Below, piece after piece: positions 30,443 to 40,928 of a stretch of DNA of 64,000 nucleotides. A program made the position numbers and the translations under genes. The notes under the pieces are model-generated. The model was not told the DNA's origin. It saw only the letters and a list, made by a program, of their open reading frames with translations, and made no database searches. How positions within the stretch are numbered: position 1 is the stretch's first letter; every line of letters starts with the position of its first letter. The stretch comes from Hyphomicrobiales bacterium (GTDB lineage Bacteria > Pseudomonadota > Alphaproteobacteria > Rhizobiales > TMED25): positions 101,235-165,234 of the forward strand of contig JAQWOP010000003.1 of the NCBI GenBank assembly GCA_029245795.1. Reading direction: 5' to 3'.

Positions 30443-31171
30443 TTACTTGTTTGGATGTTTCCATTTTTCAAATGAAATCAGCTCACCACTTGAATATTTT
30501 TCATTGAAGATTATATCAACAAAAAAATCCGATAATTCATTTGGTTGAGTAAGTGTAGATTTGTTTTCTCCAGGATAGGCTTTTTCCCTTAGCTTTGTAT
30601 TAACTTTACCAGGGTCTATCAAATTTACTTTAATTTTTATATTTTCTACTTCAGAAGCATATGAATACGCAATCTTTTCTAGTGCAGCTTTAGTTGCTGA
30701 ATATAACCCCCAAAAAGGTTTTTTTTCATTTATGATATTTGAAGTCATAAAAAAAATTTGGGGTGTTTCCGATTTTTTAATTAAATATTCAAATACTTTT
30801 AAGATTATAATATTAGAAGTTAAATTTATTGAAAATGTGTTATTCCATTCATATTCATCTATATGAGTTACCGGACCTAATGATCCTAAAGTTGCAGCAT
30901 TTAAGATTAAAGCATCTAATTTATCTAATCTTTCTCCTAGTTTTTCTGCAAGTTCACTTATAAATTGATAATTCTTTAGGTCTATCGGGACAAGTGTAGC
31001 ACTATTACCATATAAACTTAGAGCTTTATCTAAATCCTCTAGTGCAGATTGTGACTGACCCAATGCAATAATATTTGCATTATTCTTTCCATAGGAAAGG
31101 GCAATTTGTTTACCAATACCATTTGATGCACCTGTAATTAGTATATTTTTATTCTTTAATTTCTTTTCCAA
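30443..31171 (-). CDS. SDR-family oxidoreductase
   Basis: 242 aa. Has TGASNGIG and YSATKAAL. It follows purF, as is common in alphaproteobacteria. Confidence 0.85.
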   Translation of the reverse strand: MEKKLKNKNILITGASNGIGKQIALSYGKNNANIIALGQSQSALEDLDKALSLYGNSATLVPIDLKNYQFISELAEKLGERLDKLDALILNAATLGSLGPVTHIDEYEWNNTFSINLTSNIIILKVFEYLIKKSETPQIFFMTSNIINEKKPFWGLYSATKAALEKIAYSYASEVENIKIKVNLIDPGKVNTKLREKAYPGENKSTLTQPNELSDFFVDIIFNEKYSSGELISFEKWKHPNK

Positions 31172-31178
31172 TTGTCAA

Positions 31179-32636
31179 TTATTCCTCAAGAAGTGAAAGT
31201 TGCTGAGTATGGTCGGGGATCTGCTCTAGATCACTTAATTTAGTTGGATAATCACCTGTAAAACAATGGTCTGTGAATTGTGGGTTTTGATCGTCTCTTT
31301 TCTCATAACCAAGTGCTCTATAAAGTCCAGCAATGGAAAGGAATTTAAGTGAAGTACACCCAATATACTTACACATCTCATCAATTGTATGCGTTGCTGC
31401 AAGAAGGCTATTTTTTTCTGGGGTATCTATTCCGTAATAGTCACTATATTTGATAGGGGGGCATGCAACTCTTAGGTGTACTTCTCTAGCTCCTGATTCA
31501 AATAACATCTTAACTATTTTGATAGCAGTCGTTCCCCTTACAAGACTATCATCCAAAAGCAATACACTTTTATTTTTTACGACTTGAGTATTAGCTGAAT
31601 GTTTTAATCTTACCCCAAATTGTCTAATATTTTGAGTCGGTTCAATAAAAGTTCTTCCAACATAATGGTTTCTTATTAATCCATAGTCAAAATTTACATT
31701 TGATTCTTCTGAGTAACCTAATGCAGCAGGAACGCCAGAATCTGGAACAGGAACAACTACATCTGGAAGGATAGTATCTTCTTTTGAAAGTTCTCTTCCA
31801 AGTTCTTTTCTTATGTTATATACATTCTTTCCACCAATGATACTGTGCGGCATTGAAAAATAAACATATTCAAAAATACATGGTCTGGGTCTAACCTTTG
31901 GAAACGGATAGTAACTTTCTAATCCATCATCGGTTATTACAATAATTTCGCCATTTTCTACTTCTCTTATGAATTCGGCACCTATTATATCCAAAGCACA
32001 TGTCTCAGAGGCTAAAATGAATGATTCATCAAGTTTTCCTAGAACCAAGGGTCTTATGCCAAGTGGATCTCTTGCACCAATCAACTTCTTATTTGTTAAA
32101 GCAATTAACGAATAAGCTCCTTCTAAATGACCCAGAGCATCTATAAATTTATCAATAAAACTTGTTTTATTGCTTTTCGCAACAAGGTGCAAAATAACTT
32201 CTGTATCTGATGTGGATTGGAATATAGCACCATCTGAAACTAACTTGTCATGTAGTAAAAGAGCATTTGTTAAATTTCCATTGTGACCTATTGCAAAACC
32301 ACCTGTTTCAAGGTCGGCAAACAAAGGTTGTACATTCCTTATTACTGTCTCTCCTCTTGTGGAGTATCTAACATGACCAATTGCAGCAATTCCAGATAGT
32401 TTCTTCATCAATGGTTTATTTGTAAAGTTATCTCCAACTAGTCCTAATCTTCTTTCTGATTGAAATTTATTACCATCATATGAAACTATTCCAACGGCTT
32501 CTTGTCCTCTATGTTGCAATGCATGAAGACCTAACGTTGTAAGCTCAGCTGAATCACCATGCCCAAATACTCCAAAAACTCCACATTCTTCTCTTAGTCT
32601 ATCGTCTTGAATTTTCTCCCCCATTTTAGTTTCCAT
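31179..32636 (-). CDS. purF: Amidophosphoribosyltransferase
   Basis: 485 aa. Ntn Cys (ECGVFGV), the PRTase motif LLLDDSLVRGTT, and C-terminal Cys ligands. Confidence 0.97.
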   Translation of the reverse strand: METKMGEKIQDDRLREECGVFGVFGHGDSAELTTLGLHALQHRGQEAVGIVSYDGNKFQSERRLGLVGDNFTNKPLMKKLSGIAAIGHVRYSTRGETVIRNVQPLFADLETGGFAIGHNGNLTNALLLHDKLVSDGAIFQSTSDTEVILHLVAKSNKTSFIDKFIDALGHLEGAYSLIALTNKKLIGARDPLGIRPLVLGKLDESFILASETCALDIIGAEFIREVENGEIIVITDDGLESYYPFPKVRPRPCIFEYVYFSMPHSIIGGKNVYNIRKELGRELSKEDTILPDVVVPVPDSGVPAALGYSEESNVNFDYGLIRNHYVGRTFIEPTQNIRQFGVRLKHSANTQVVKNKSVLLLDDSLVRGTTAIKIVKMLFESGAREVHLRVACPPIKYSDYYGIDTPEKNSLLAATHTIDEMCKYIGCTSLKFLSIAGLYRALGYEKRDDQNPQFTDHCFTGDYPTKLSDLEQIPDHTQQLSLLEE

Positions 32637-33198
32637 TTGGAACTTCTATTTGATTTAAATCAGTATTTTCTTCTATTCTATCAAAATTAATTTTTTCTAT
32701 TAATTGGCTTGGATTTTCAGGAAGATAGGAATAAATTCTATCCTTTGATGACAATAGATGATCATAAAATATTGATTTTTCAAGCCACCTTGGTTGATCT
32801 TTATCAAATAACCATGTTAAAGCTAAAAATAAAAGCATAATCATCAAATAGCCCCTAAAGAAGCCAAAACAAATTCCAAATATACGGTCAAGTATCCCAA
32901 TATTACTTTTTAATACAAGTTTAGATATTTTGGATGAAATAAAAGCACTTACAATTAGTATTACAATAAAAGTTACGCCGACAAGGATTGAATAAGCTAA
33001 CCAGTCGGGTTGGAGGAGTCCTTCTACCAAATCTCGACTTTGATCATTTGTGTAGGCAACAAATGATGCTAATGTTGCAAAAGCCCATGATAGTATTGAG
33101 AGAGTTTCTCTCGTAAAACCACGAAGCATAGCAAAAAAAGACGAAAGGAATACTAATAGTAATAATATTGTATCAAAAAATGAAATTGAACTTGCCAC
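32626..33198 (-). CDS. cvpA: CvpA-family membrane protein
   Basis: 190 aa, four TMs, immediately upstream of purF. Confidence 0.85.
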   Translation of the reverse strand: MASSISFFDTILLLLVFLSSFFAMLRGFTRETLSILSWAFATLASFVAYTNDQSRDLVEGLLQPDWLAYSILVGVTFIVILIVSAFISSKISKLVLKSNIGILDRIFGICFGFFRGYLMIMLLFLALTWLFDKDQPRWLEKSIFYDHLLSSKDRIYSYLPENPSQLIEKINFDRIEENTDLNQIEVPNGN

Positions 33199-33214
33199 TT
33201 GATCTCCAGTTTAA

Positions 33215-33979
33215 TTAGTCATTTATATTTATCTTAATTGGTCCTACAGACTTACCCTTAATAAATTGTTCTAAATATTCATTATTGGATTTATCAATTT
33301 CTGAAGCTTTTCCTGACCAGATAACTTCACCTTTATATAGCATGGATATATTGTTAGCTATCTTTCTTGCGCTTTCCATATCATGTGTAATTGTTATGGC
33401 TGTTGCTCCAACTTCTGCAATTACTTCGTTAATTAAATTATTTATTATATCTGCCATTATTGGGTCAAGTCCAGTTGTTGGTTCATCAAAAAAAAGCAAC
33501 TCTGGATCTCTTGCAATTGCCCTAGCCAAAGCAACTCTTTTCTGCATGCCACCTGATAGTTCTGATGGGTATAGGTAAATAACAGAAGGGTCAAGACCAA
33601 CTTTCTTTAATTTATCTACAGCAAGGTCTTTTAACTCATCATTTTTCAAAGATCTTGATTTATCTAGGCCAAAAGTTATATTCTCCCATACTGCTAAACT
33701 ATCAAATAATGCGGCTCCTTGAAATAGCATACCAATCTTATCATAAAAGTTTATTTCCTCACGGCTTTGCTTATTTAATAGGTGATCATCATAATAAATT
33801 TCTCCACTATCTGGTTCTATTAATCCAAGTATAGATTTGATTAAAACTGATTTTCCTGTACCTGAGCCACCAATTATTACCATCGAAGTATTTTTTTTTA
33901 TATTCAAATTTAAGCCATTAAGGACATTCTTATTTCCAAATGATTTAGAGAGTTGTTTTATTTTTATAATATCATTCAT
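33215..33979 (-). CDS. mlaF: Phospholipid/ABC transport ATPase MlaF
   Basis: Walker A GGSGTGKS, signature LSGGMQKR, Walker B LLFFDEPTTGLD. The ATG at 33979 is preferred over the TTG at 34003. Confidence 0.9.
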   Translation of the reverse strand: MNDIIKIKQLSKSFGNKNVLNGLNLNIKKNTSMVIIGGSGTGKSVLIKSILGLIEPDSGEIYYDDHLLNKQSREEINFYDKIGMLFQGAALFDSLAVWENITFGLDKSRSLKNDELKDLAVDKLKKVGLDPSVIYLYPSELSGGMQKRVALARAIARDPELLFFDEPTTGLDPIMADIINNLINEVIAEVGATAITITHDMESARKIANNISMLYKGEVIWSGKASEIDKSNNEYLEQFIKGKSVGPIKININD

Positions 33980-33986
33980 ATAAATA

Positions 33987-34775
33987 CTAACTTGTGAATA
34001 CAACTGAAGTTAAGACGTAATTAGCCGCAAGAATAAGAATGGAGGCTGAGACTACTGCTTGTGTTGTTGATTTGCCAACACCTTGTGCACCTCCGGTCGA
34101 GTTATATCCATGATAACAACCCATAAATGCAACAATAAAACCAAACACAGCAGCTTTTATAAGTCCAGAGGCAACATCTTTGAATTCTAAAATATCCATG
34201 GTATTTTTTATATAACTTTGCTCAATGAATCCTAAACTTTTTGTACCCACAATAAATCCCCCCATAATTCCAATTATATCTGCAATGATAACCAAAACTG
34301 GAAGGGTAAGTAGGGCTGCTAGAACTCTTGGGACAACAAGATATTTCATTGGGTTTGTAGATAATGTTACTAAAGCATCAATTTGTTCTGTTACCCTCAT
34401 AGTTGCAATTTCAGCTGAAATAGAGGCAGAAACTCTTCCTGCTAGCATTAAACCTGCAATTACAGGACCTAATTCTCTTGTGATACCAAGTGCTACTATC
34501 GAGGCAACTATATTCTCTGCGTTAAATCTAGATCCACCAACATATATCTGTAATGCTAAAACACCCCCTGTAAAAAATGCTGTTAATCCAATAACAGGAA
34601 GTGAATTATATCCAATCTTTATTATTTGATTTAATAGTGATTTTAGATAAATAGGAGGAGTAAAGAGGCAAATAATAAAATCATAAAAGAATATAGATAT
34701 ATTTCCTATTTCTTTTGTAATGGAAAGAACATAATTTCCTATTGTAATAGGAATGATATTCAATAACTTAAGCAT
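33987..34775 (-). CDS. mlaE: MlaE-family ABC permease
   Basis: 262 aa. Motifs RELGPVIAGLMLAGR and MRVTEQIDAL are diagnostic. Confidence 0.9.
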   Translation of the reverse strand: MLKLLNIIPITIGNYVLSITKEIGNISIFFYDFIICLFTPPIYLKSLLNQIIKIGYNSLPVIGLTAFFTGGVLALQIYVGGSRFNAENIVASIVALGITRELGPVIAGLMLAGRVSASISAEIATMRVTEQIDALVTLSTNPMKYLVVPRVLAALLTLPVLVIIADIIGIMGGFIVGTKSLGFIEQSYIKNTMDILEFKDVASGLIKAAVFGFIVAFMGCYHGYNSTGGAQGVGKSTTQAVVSASILILAANYVLTSVVFTS

Positions 34776-35889
34776 ATTTATAAATCTTCCTAATTCTACT
34801 ATTTAAGCGTGTAAGGATTTCATAACTTATTGTATCAGCATTTTCTGATAAGTTATCAATATTTTGATTTGATCCAATAATTTCTATAAAATTACCTCTA
34901 TTGATTGTATTGTATGGAATATCAGATATATCTATTGCAACTATATCCATTGAGACCCTTCCTAAAATAGGAGTGGGCTGCCCCTCATAATAGAATTGAC
35001 CGCCCATTTCATCATTGGAAGAGCTTAATGATCTTGGGATACCGTCTGCATATCCAATTGATACTAAAGCAATTGCTTTGTCATGAGTTGCTTTATAAAT
35101 AGCTCCATAACCAATTGTTGCACCTTTTTTTATTTTTTTTATTTGGATAATAGGTGCGTATAATTTTACAACAGGTTTTACTTGTAATTTACTCTGAAGA
35201 TTCTCATAGCCTCCATATAAGCTAATACCAGGTCTTACCATATCAAGATGAAAGCTTTTATTTCTTATTAATGCTGCAGAATTTGCGATACTACTTTTTG
35301 GATTATTAAATATTTTACAAATTTGGAGGAATTGATCAAGCTGATTTTCAGGCATTTCTGATAGTTTTTCTTCTGCAGAGGCTATATGCGACATAATAAG
35401 AGAAATATTTAGTTTATATTCACTTATTTTAGAAGCTAAGGTAATATCAAATCCAAGTCTTGAGAAGCCAGTATCAAAATGAATTGCTATTGGGTATATA
35501 TTTTGTTTATCAAAAACTCTATATTCATCCAATTCTTCTAATGAGCCTATTACAGGAGTCAAATTATACTTTTTATAATACTCAATTGAATGTGGCATAA
35601 GTCCATTTAATATATAGATAGTAATGTCTGGAGAGGTTAAATTTTCTCGTAAACGTATACCTTCGTCTAAATCAGAAACAAAGAAAGATCGACATCCAGC
35701 ATCATAAATTGTTTTAGATACAGCTTCTAGGCCTAACCCATAAGCATTCGCTTTAATTGTTGCTGCGCATAATGAAGGTTTCACATATTCAGAAATAGAG
35801 TTATAATTATCCGCTAGCGCACATAAGTCTATTTCAAGAAAAGCTGAGCAATCTATTTCTCTCATAGTTCTATTGTCTTTAGGCATCAT
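34768..35889 (-). CDS. alr: Alanine racemase
   Basis: 373 aa. PLP lysine context ATIKANAYGLG and a C-terminal beta domain. Confidence 0.9.
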   Translation of the reverse strand: MMPKDNRTMREIDCSAFLEIDLCALADNYNSISEYVKPSLCAATIKANAYGLGLEAVSKTIYDAGCRSFFVSDLDEGIRLRENLTSPDITIYILNGLMPHSIEYYKKYNLTPVIGSLEELDEYRVFDKQNIYPIAIHFDTGFSRLGFDITLASKISEYKLNISLIMSHIASAEEKLSEMPENQLDQFLQICKIFNNPKSSIANSAALIRNKSFHLDMVRPGISLYGGYENLQSKLQVKPVVKLYAPIIQIKKIKKGATIGYGAIYKATHDKAIALVSIGYADGIPRSLSSSNDEMGGQFYYEGQPTPILGRVSMDIVAIDISDIPYNTINRGNFIEIIGSNQNIDNLSENADTISYEILTRLNSRIRKIYKYA

Positions 35890-35911
35890 AATTTTAAATA
35901 ATAAAGATTAT

Positions 35912-37405
35912 TTACTCAAAACGTTCTGGTAGTTTTTCATCAGCAGTATAATCACTAAACCTTGTAAGTGAACCATCAAAGTGCATTTTTACAGTATTTG
36001 TTGGTCCATGACGATTCTTACCAAGTATTACCTCAGCAAGTTGATGGACATCTGTCATATTTTCTTGCCATTGAAGATGTTCTTCAGTCCCGACCTTTGG
36101 TTCTTTTCTTTGTAGGTAATATTCTTCCCTGTATATAAACATTACAATATCAGCATCTTGTTCAATTGAGCCTGATTCTCTGAGATCGGAAAGTTGAGGT
36201 TTCTTATCATCTCTATTTTCAACTTGTCTTGAAAGCTGAGATAACGCAATTATTGGAATATTCAATTCTTTTGCGAGGGCTTTTAATGATTGTGTAATCT
36301 CTGATAATTCTTGAACTCTATTATCATTATAGCGTCTGTTTGAAGAGGTAAGAAGTTGCAAATAATCAATAATTAATAGTCCAAGATTATTCTGTCTTTT
36401 TAGCTTACGAGCTCTAGCAACTAACTGAGAAATACTTATACCACCGGTTTCATCTATATATAGAGGTATATCTTGTAATTTTCTCGCTACTTCTATTAAT
36501 TTTTCATATTCATGTTTATTTATTTTTCCTCTTCTTATCTTTTCAGATTGAACCTCAGTTTGTTCTGAAATAATTCTTGTTGCTAACTGTGAGGAGGACA
36601 TCTCCAGAGAGAAAAAACCAACAACTGCACCATCAATCGACTTTTTATTATTTCCCTCACTATCTTCTGTTTGATATTTACTTGCAATGTGGAAGGCTAT
36701 ATTAGTAGCGAAAGCTGTCTTGCCCATAGAGGGTCTTCCTGCAACAATAAGTAAGTCTGATGATTGAAGGCCTCCTAGAAGCTCATCAAGATCTCTAAAG
36801 CCTGATGCTAGACCAGATGTATTGCCATCTTTATTGTATGCACTTGCTGCTGTATCAATTGCTTCAGTCAATGCTGTAGAAAATTCTTTAAAATCACTTC
36901 CATATTTTTCACTTTCTGCAAGTCCGTATAGTTCTTGTTCAATATATTCAACATGATCAAATGGAGATATCTCAGCAGGAGGAGAATATGAAACATTAAC
37001 AATTTCATTTCCAATGTTAATCAGATTTCGCCATGTGAATAAGTGGTAAATTATTCGGCCATATTCCTCGATATTGATGATGGAGGTATTTTCAGCAGCT
37101 AATCTAACTAGATATTTGCTTCCCTCTAGATCATTAAATCTTTCATCTTGGTCAATGAGATTTTTTAGTGTTATTGGAGAAGCAAGCTTATTTGATAGTA
37201 TTAATTTTGAAATTAACTCAAAAATAATCGTATGAACATTTTCATAGAAATGTTCTGGCTTTAAAAAAACAGAAATTTTATCATATAAGTCATTATTGAT
37301 TAATAAAGCTCCAAGCAATTGTTGTTCAGCTTCAATATTATGAGGCATCTGTTTATAATCAATAGCTTCTGAACTTTTTGATATATTTTGGATATTTAAG
37401 GCCAT
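35912..37405 (-). CDS. dnaB: Replicative DNA helicase DnaB
   Basis: 497 aa. Motifs PHNIEAEQQLLGALL, GRPSMGKTAF, IDYLQLL and SGSIEQDAD. Confidence 0.97.
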   Translation of the reverse strand: MALNIQNISKSSEAIDYKQMPHNIEAEQQLLGALLINNDLYDKISVFLKPEHFYENVHTIIFELISKLILSNKLASPITLKNLIDQDERFNDLEGSKYLVRLAAENTSIINIEEYGRIIYHLFTWRNLINIGNEIVNVSYSPPAEISPFDHVEYIEQELYGLAESEKYGSDFKEFSTALTEAIDTAASAYNKDGNTSGLASGFRDLDELLGGLQSSDLLIVAGRPSMGKTAFATNIAFHIASKYQTEDSEGNNKKSIDGAVVGFFSLEMSSSQLATRIISEQTEVQSEKIRRGKINKHEYEKLIEVARKLQDIPLYIDETGGISISQLVARARKLKRQNNLGLLIIDYLQLLTSSNRRYNDNRVQELSEITQSLKALAKELNIPIIALSQLSRQVENRDDKKPQLSDLRESGSIEQDADIVMFIYREEYYLQRKEPKVGTEEHLQWQENMTDVHQLAEVILGKNRHGPTNTVKMHFDGSLTRFSDYTADEKLPERFE

Positions 37406-37544
37406 ATTAAGTAACTTATAATTTCACACCTATCAATATATTAAATATAAACAATAGCTCCCTCAACTTTTTTTATTTATACAACATAATCCACATTTTA
37501 TGCTTATGGATGAAATATAAAATAAAAATAACTTGACTAATATT

Positions 37545-38198
37545 TTATTTTTCTTCTGTTTTGACTATCTCTTCTTCTTTTTTTTCATCTAATATTTCTT
37601 CACTCTTGTTCTCCGATGCCAAAACTTGATCTGCTTCTTTTTCTATATTAACATCTGTTCCTTCTTCAAACACATCAACAACACTCTCTTCTTCGGAAAC
37701 TTCTACTAATACACTATCCAATAGTCCTTTTTCTTGTAGTTCTGCTTCTTCAGATGTTCTCGCAATATTAAGTTTGATAATCACTGAAACTTCTGGATGG
37801 AGATCTATTCTGACATTGATAATACCCAATGATTTTATGGGTTCAATAAGTGAAACCTGATTTCTTGTTATCGAGGCAAGTCCATTTTCAGATAGGATAT
37901 TTGCTATATCTCTTGTTGTAACAGATCCAAATAACTGTCCATTTTCACCTGCTTGACGAATAACAATAAAAGTTTTTTCATCTATGCCTTCAGATAATTT
38001 GGAGGCATTAGCCATGTCTTTGTCATTTTTCTTTCTGATTTCAACAGCTTTTGACTCAAAATATTTAAGATTTTCATCTGTTGCTCTTAGAGCTTTTTCT
38101 GCTGGTAGTAGAAAATTTCTAGCATAGCCAGTCTTGACATTAACAATATCTCCTAATTGTCCAAGCTTTTCAATTTTCTCAAGTAATATAATTTTCAT
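37545..38198 (-). CDS. rplI: 50S ribosomal protein L9 with a long acidic C-terminal tail
   Basis: 217 aa. MKIILLEKIEKLGQLGDIVNVKTGYARNFL is canonical. About 70 extra Glu/Asp/Lys-rich residues sit at the C-terminus. Confidence 0.95.
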   Translation of the reverse strand: MKIILLEKIEKLGQLGDIVNVKTGYARNFLLPAEKALRATDENLKYFESKAVEIRKKNDKDMANASKLSEGIDEKTFIVIRQAGENGQLFGSVTTRDIANILSENGLASITRNQVSLIEPIKSLGIINVRIDLHPEVSVIIKLNIARTSEEAELQEKGLLDSVLVEVSEEESVVDVFEEGTDVNIEKEADQVLASENKSEEILDEKKEEEIVKTEEK

Positions 38199-38200
38199 TT

Positions 38201-39145
38201 TTATCTCCTTTTTTTAATTATATCTCTGACGTTTTTTTTATAGTTCAATATACCAAGAATTGTTATTGGGATTATAAATGGTACAAAAACTAATATGAGG
38301 GTGTATATAGATGTAAGTAATAGAGGTCTAAGCCGTATATTTTTTGATACATTATGTATAATAGAAAGCCCACCGATTGAGTATCCTACTAATATTGCAA
38401 AGGTAATTGAGATGGATATTATTTTAAATATACCATCTGAGAAATAAGATAATATGAGGAATATTAGTAGGAAGTATATATAGTCTTTTGGTAAGTTTAT
38501 CTGATCAAAATTAGACCAAGGTCTTTTTAAATACCCTAATATCTTTGCAAATTTTAGGCTTATCCATAAGTTGCATACAAAAATTAATACCCAAAAAATA
38601 ATAAATAACACGGGTAAACTAGCTGATAATAGTTCAATTGTATTTAATTGTATTGTTTGTTGAATGTCAGGCCTTATCTCATATATATTCGAGTAAATTG
38701 CATTTATGGAATTTTGATAATCACTAATATTAGTTCCCAAGAAAAATATACCTATAATAGCCAAACATATTGATATGATTAAGATTTTTGAGATAACAAG
38801 TGAAAGTGGATACCATAAAATATCTTCGTTTTCTGACTCTGATTTTTTATTTAAGCCAATTAAATAACAAAAATATACTGAGGGCAGAGCAAAAATTAAA
38901 GCATAAGCTTGAGCAAGGCTTAGTGCTGAGAAAGATATGATAGCAGAAGAAATGATAGCGATTAGGAGAGCTATTTTCCAACCATGCATGAGTCCAATAA
39001 CATACAACGGCAATGGACATAGATAAAATATAACAAACAATAGTCCAGCACTACCTGATAATGGATACAGGAAAAAAAGACACTGAGATAATGTCGCTAT
39101 TAAAATTTGGGTATATTGTGATTTTATCATGTTGCTGTCCCGCAA
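38201..39145 (-). CDS. Polytopic membrane protein (DUF2232-like) between rpsR and rplI
   Basis: 314 aa, highly hydrophobic. Its position matches the conserved alphaproteobacterial slot. Confidence 0.6.
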   Translation of the reverse strand: MRDSNMIKSQYTQILIATLSQCLFFLYPLSGSAGLLFVIFYLCPLPLYVIGLMHGWKIALLIAIISSAIISFSALSLAQAYALIFALPSVYFCYLIGLNKKSESENEDILWYPLSLVISKILIISICLAIIGIFFLGTNISDYQNSINAIYSNIYEIRPDIQQTIQLNTIELLSASLPVLFIIFWVLIFVCNLWISLKFAKILGYLKRPWSNFDQINLPKDYIYFLLIFLILSYFSDGIFKIISISITFAILVGYSIGGLSIIHNVSKNIRLRPLLLTSIYTLILVFVPFIIPITILGILNYKKNVRDIIKKRR

Positions 39146-39185
39146 AATTGCGGTTAGAGCTTAATTTGCCCAACCAATTAGAATA

Positions 39186-39428
39186 TTATCTTAGTAAATA
39201 AGGAAGTAATCCTAGGAATCTTGCTCTCTTTATTGCTATTGATAACTCTCTTTGTTTTTTTGCAGAAACAGATGTAATTCGACTAGGTATCATCTTGCCT
39301 CTTTCAGATATGTATTTTTGTAGTAACCTTACATTTTTATAATCAATAGGGGGTGAATCAGGTTCGGATAAAGGACAATTCCGTGAATTTCTAAAATAAG
39401 GTTTCTTTGTTGTTTGTGGAACTAACAT
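39186..39428 (-). CDS. rpsR: 30S ribosomal protein S18
   Basis: 80 aa. Motifs [25 protein letters not shown] and [14 protein letters not shown]. Confidence 0.95.
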   Translation of the reverse strand: MLVPQTTKKPYFRNSRNCPLSEPDSPPIDYKNVRLLQKYISERGKMIPSRITSVSAKKQRELSIAIKRARFLGLLPYLLR

Positions 39429-39440
39429 TATACAATCCTA

Positions 39441-39782
39441 TTAATCGTTTGAGTCATGATTTCTACCTTCCATCATGATTGATGGTTTATCTTCGAATTT
39501 GTCAACTTTGAGAGTCAAATGCCGAAGAATATTTTCATTGAGACTAATTTGTCTTTCAACTTCAGTTAATATTTCAGATGAGGCATCTATATTCATAAGA
39601 GTATAATGCGCTTTTCTATTTTTTTTAATTTTATAAGAGAGTTGGCGAAGACCCCAATACTCTATTCTATCTACTTTTCCGCCTTCTTTCTTAATCAACT
39701 CTTCTATCGTTTTAGTTATTGCATCAACTTGTTGAGTTGTTATATCTTGACGAGCCAAATAAACATGTTCATATAATGGCAT
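39441..39782 (-). CDS. rpsF: 30S ribosomal protein S6
   Basis: 113 aa. Motifs MPLYEHVYLARQD and WGLRQLSYKIKK. Confidence 0.95.
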   Translation of the reverse strand: MPLYEHVYLARQDITTQQVDAITKTIEELIKKEGGKVDRIEYWGLRQLSYKIKKNRKAHYTLMNIDASSEILTEVERQISLNENILRHLTLKVDKFEDKPSIMMEGRNHDSND

Positions 39783-39962
39783 AATTAGTAAATCCTATTT
39801 TTCTAATATTCATAAATCTTAATATGAGTTGTTATCTATGTATAATCACATAATATATCATTGATAACTTAAATCATATTTTGCTTTAAATATATTTTAA
39901 TACAAAATAATAGTAAATTACTATAATGAAGTAAAAAATATTGCAACAAAAAAGGTATATTT

Positions 39963-40907
39963 GTGTCAAATTTATTAGTTTTTCCGGGACAAGGAAGTCA
40001 ATTTATTGGTATGGGAGAAGATTTTGCTAAAAATTTTAAAGTATCTAAAAATGTATTTGAAGAGGTAAATGAATCACTCTCATTAAATCTAAGTAAAATA
40101 ATGTGGGAGGGCGAGATAGATGAGTTAACGCGAACAGAAAATGCACAACCTGCATTAATGTCTGTTAGTGTGGCAATATTGAGAGCTATCGAGAGTGAAG
40201 TCGGGATAGATTATGAAAAAGTTTTATTCATGGCAGGTCATTCATTGGGAGAGTATTCAGCTCTTGTCGCTGCAAATTCATTTAAATTAGATGTTGCAGC
40301 TAGATTGCTAAAAATTAGGGGACAGGCGATGCAAAGAGCTGTACCGGAAGGTCAGGGTGCTATGGCTGCACTTATTGGTGTAAATATAGAGCAAGCTGAA
40401 AACCTTACTAGTGAAGTTAATTTGATGCTTCCAAATTTAATATGTGATGTTGCAAACGATAATGCTCCTGGGCAGGTTGTTATTAGTGGTAGTGCTTCAG
40501 CAGTTAATAAAGCAATTGAATTAGCGCCAAGTTTTGGAGCCAGGAAAGCCTTAAAGCTTCCAGTTAGCGCTCCATTTCATTGCTCCTTAATGACACAAGC
40601 TGCGGATGAAATGAGAGATGCCTTAATTGATGCTAAAATACAAGATCCAATTACACCAATTATTTCTAATGTAACAGCAACAAGTGAAGTTTCAAAAGAT
40701 AGGATAATTAAATTATTAATTGAACAAGTTACAGGCAGAGTTAGATGGGCAGAAACTATTAGGTATGCTAAAGAAAATAATGTAGAAAAAATATATGAAA
40801 TAGGCGCAGGAAAAATATTGACAGGTTTGGTTAAAAGAATCGATGAAACATTAAATTCTATTGCCATTGATGATCCAAATCAAATAGATAAATTCCAACT
40901 AGATTAA
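39963..40907 (+). CDS. fabD: Malonyl-CoA:ACP transacylase
   Basis: 314 aa with a GTG start. Motifs FPGQGSQ, GHSLGEYSAL, and SAPFHCSLM. Confidence 0.95.
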   Translation: MSNLLVFPGQGSQFIGMGEDFAKNFKVSKNVFEEVNESLSLNLSKIMWEGEIDELTRTENAQPALMSVSVAILRAIESEVGIDYEKVLFMAGHSLGEYSALVAANSFKLDVAARLLKIRGQAMQRAVPEGQGAMAALIGVNIEQAENLTSEVNLMLPNLICDVANDNAPGQVVISGSASAVNKAIELAPSFGARKALKLPVSAPFHCSLMTQAADEMRDALIDAKIQDPITPIISNVTATSEVSKDRIIKLLIEQVTGRVRWAETIRYAKENNVEKIYEIGAGKILTGLVKRIDETLNSIAIDDPNQIDKFQLD

Positions 40908-40928
40908 ATATAATAAGGAAGATAAATA

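Noticed and set aside
34225-34629. A 134-aa plus-strand ORF antisense to mlaE. Similar antisense ORFs lie inside guaB (5822..6085), mlaF (33285..33578), fabD (40577..40867), acpP (41726..42016), pepA, der, ppk and others.
   Set aside because: All are fully embedded opposite strongly supported conserved genes and have skewed, motif-free sequences. These are typical shadow ORFs.
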